DNA of 63,622 nucleotides, filler included, from Reclinomonas americana ATCC 50394 (Eukaryota): NCBI GenBank assembly GCA_048213135.1. It is 8 parts of 8 records of this genome, joined end to end, with 100 filler letters (N's around TTAATTAATTAA, not from the genome) between each part and the next. Parts side by side here need not be neighbours in the genome. Positions count along the whole stretch, not along the records: positions 60,862 to 63,622 come from AFZH01022037.1; 7 more parts are not named here. One strand, 5' to 3'. Shown piece by piece: positions 60,904 to 63,622 of this stretch (position 1 is its first letter; each line of letters starts with the position of its first letter). The notes under the pieces were generated by a model. It saw only the letters and a program-made list of their open reading frames with translations, ran no database searches and was not told where the DNA came from. The position numbers and the translations under genes were made by a program.

Positions 60904-62589
60904 CTTGATGCATGGGGTATGCCTGTGCCTTCCAAGTCGGCTCCTGGTGGCGGTGGTGGTGGAGGTGCTTCGGCTGCGGCCTCGATGGGCGGTATGGGAT
61001 TGGGATATGGAATGGAGGATACCACGCCGGCGACGGCGCCTGTCAACACGGCAAACATGTATAACTTGGTGTTGGATCTGCTGGACCCCGAGAAGGTGCT
61101 GCTCCGTGATGTGTTGCAGCTGTTCTGCACGATCGATTCTCGGTGGTTTCTTGCGCGCTTGTCTGTCTCCTTCTCTTCTTCTACTTCTTGCTTTCATTCT
61201 CCTCCTCCTTCTTCTTCTACTTCTTCCTCTCGCTTTTCCCCTTTCTCTTCTTATTCTTCTTCCGTCTTCTTCTTCTTCTCCTCCTCCTCTTCCTTCTTCT
61301 TCTTCTTCTTCTTCTTTTTCTTCTATTCTTCGCCCTGTGCTGTTCTTCATGCCTCACTTGTCCTCATATCCGTTCCCTTCTTTGCTAACACTCTACTGCC
61401 GCCAACAGCGCGAGTACGCGGTAACAGAGCTGCGCAAGACTCGAGAGCAGTACCCGGATCTGGCACCGACGCTGTGGCACTCGTTCGGTGTCATGTCGGT
61501 GCTGCTGCAGGAGATTGTGTCGGTGTATGGCGCGCTGTCACCACCGCTGTTGACGCCGCACGTGTCGACGCGCGTGTGCAATGCGCTGGCGCTGCTGCAG
61601 TGTGTGGCCTCGCATCAGGAGACGCGTGGCCCGTTCCTGCAGGCCTACATTCCGCTGTACTTGTATCCGTTCCTCAACACGCCGTTCCTCGACAACGCCG
61701 CCAAGGCGCGGCCATTCGAGTATCTGCGACTCACCAGTCTGGGTGTGATTGGTGCACTTGTGAAGGTGAAGGAAAGAGCACCGTCACCACTGATAGAGTT
61801 TAAATTGTCGCTCATCCTCTTCCACCAGGCCGACGACCAAGACGTGATTAAGTTCCTGTTGTCCACCGAAATCATTCCGCTGTGCCTGCGCATCATGGAG
61901 AATGGCGGCGACTTGTCAAAAACAGTGGCCACTTTTATTTTGCAAAAGGTGTGTGTGTGTTTCTCTCCTGCCGGAGAAGGGGTCTCTTCTCGCCAACGTA
62001 CTCTTTGACCACACAGGTGCTGATGGTGCCCGCTGGCCTCACGTACATTTGTGCCACACCCGAACGCTTCTACGCCGTCAATTCGGTGCTGTCGGAGATG
62101 ATCAACGAGGCGCCACAGCCGCGTCTGCTCAAGCACATTGTAAGGTGTTACTTCCGGTTGTCGGAGCACGACCGCGCCCGTGAGGCGTTGCGCCAGGTGT
62201 GTGCGAGTGTGTGCACACAGGTGCATGTTGTTTTTGGTATGTGGTCTCACTGCTTGTGTTGCAGGTGTTGCCCGACTCGCTGCGGTATCGCACTCTGCCT
62301 GGTCTGCAAGAGGACGCGTACATGGCACGCTGGCTCGATCAGCTCCTCGCCAATCTCGAACTGCAGCCACTGCAAGTGCCGCCTGGCGCACCGGTGCGTG
62401 CTGCTGCTCTTCTTTCTTCCCTTCCTCCTCGCTCGCTCACATCAACCGTTTCCCATTCAGGGTGGCAATCCCTCACAACCAGGCGCCGCTGGTGGTGCTG
62501 GCGGAGCCGGCATGATGATGCGCATGCCAATGCACCAGATGCCACAGCAGCCACCACCACCACAGGGCGGCGGCTACATGATGATGTAG
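60904..62589 (+). CDS. CNOT9: CCR4-NOT subunit 9 (RCD1/CAF40), 5' end possibly partial
   Basis: '[10 protein letters not shown]', '[15 protein letters not shown]', '[18 protein letters not shown]', '[12 protein letters not shown]', '[11 protein letters not shown]', '[10 protein letters not shown]'. Confidence 0.96.
61165..61330. repeat. Intronic (TTC/TCC)n polypyrimidine tract
   Basis: Direct inspection. Lies inside the first visible CNOT9 intron. Confidence 0.85.
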
Positions 62590-62675
62590 CCCTCACGCCA
62601 CCTTACATCACAAATTTCTGTACCAACCTCCCCCCTCCCTCTGCAAAGAATGAAACGCGCTGTTGCATTGCAGTC

Positions 62676-63622
62676 TCAGTACATGTTGAATCGCCCCTCA
62701 AAGTATCTCGCCACACGCAGCAGCGGGTTCCGCCTGCCCAACGCCAAGCAGATCTTCACGAAAAAGCACGTCAGTCATCATCGCATCCAGCACACACATG
62801 CACCTATCACCACGCAACTCCAGTGAAGACCAGCATGAGGATGAACGCAAGGAAGCCGCCACGCAGTCCACGCACGTAGCCCACAAAGAAGATGAACGCC
62901 CACGCAATGATAAAGTACGCCTGCGAGGAGAGAGTGAGCGACTCACACTCTCTGTGTGTGTGCACGAGAGAGAGAGAGAGAGAGACGCAACAATAGAAAA
63001 ACGGACTGCTCAAGTCGCGCTCGTGCAGTGAGTTCTGCCACGAAGTGCTGCGAATCACGTCGCGTGCGTCGTTGCGGAAGACCACCTCGGATTCCAGTGG
63101 ATTGTCGCTGACCACATGCAGACTCTCTGCAGGCACAAACTGTTCACAAAGAGAGAGAGAATGAATGAGGGGGGAGAGAGAGGAGAGAGGACAGTGCACA
63201 CCGACAGACCTTCTTGCGATCGGCACGGTTGCGTGCGTTTGACATGTGTGAAGAAGAAGGGACAATCGTTTTTACTCACTCTCTCTGTCTGTCGGTCGTG
63301 TTCGCTTTTCTTGTTTTGCACCTCAATGTGCGCGCTGATCGATCGCCGACCGTTGGCATCGATGGCCGGGAAGCTCAGTGAAGTTAGTGCGATGCAGCCG
63401 CCATTGTGGCTGACGGTCGGTGGAGGCGCTGCCGTTGCATTGCTAATTGCGCCGTGGTCGCTGGCGGGTTGGGCAGTGCTGTTGGTGTCGCAGATGGTGC
63501 GGTACACGGTGTGGCGTTCGCTGGTGGTGCTGGTGGCACTGGCGGTGGCGATCTGGCGCAGCTTGTCGGCGTGTGCGTCGCGGCCACCTGCAGTTGCAAC
63601 TGATGGAGGATCCGGAGTGTGC
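62676..63622 (-). CDS. C-terminal part of a hypothetical protein with two terminal TM helices
   Basis: 'AYFIIAWAFIFFVGYVRGLRGGFLAFILMLVFTG|ICLALGRRNPLLRVARYFEGRFNMY*'. Confidence 0.55.

Noticed and set aside
5677..62589. Alternative genetic code or frameshifted pseudogenes suggested by fragmented ORFs
   Set aside because: In the conserved genes I traced fully (NOG1, ACSL, NEK2, RAB5, CNOT9), every break is resolved by a GT-AG intron, and TAA, TAG and TGA are all used as terminal stops.

Overview
This window is intron-rich, gene-dense eukaryotic (protist-like) nuclear DNA, joined across seven 100-bp artificial spacers (44N-TTAATTAATTAA-44N). Introns are mostly short (typically ~60-100 nt) GT-AG, so I rebuilt the genes by hand from exon fragments. 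Recognisable genes are NOG1/GTPBP4, a huntingtin-like HEAT protein, GDPD, a bacterial-like GNAT, HAUS2, VMA21, a GT61 glycosyltransferase, a long-chain acyl-CoA synthetase, ATG2, a NEK2-like kinase, RAB5 and CNOT9/RCD1, plus several hypothetical proteins. Three observations stand out. (1) Four spliced microprotein genes (54-78 aa), none recovered intact by the ORF track, share an ungapped 54-residue core with an N-myristoylation start and strict i,i+2 conservation. (2) These microproteins sit at two loci, and at each one member is head-to-head with a WD40 gene that carries the same unnamed C-terminal module, which suggests a linked two-component system. (3) At least 24 introns use +1-shifted 5' splice sites (H|GTTGCGT), a class considered rare in humans. 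All family assignments come from my own motif recognition, not from database searches, and I cannot identify the organism.
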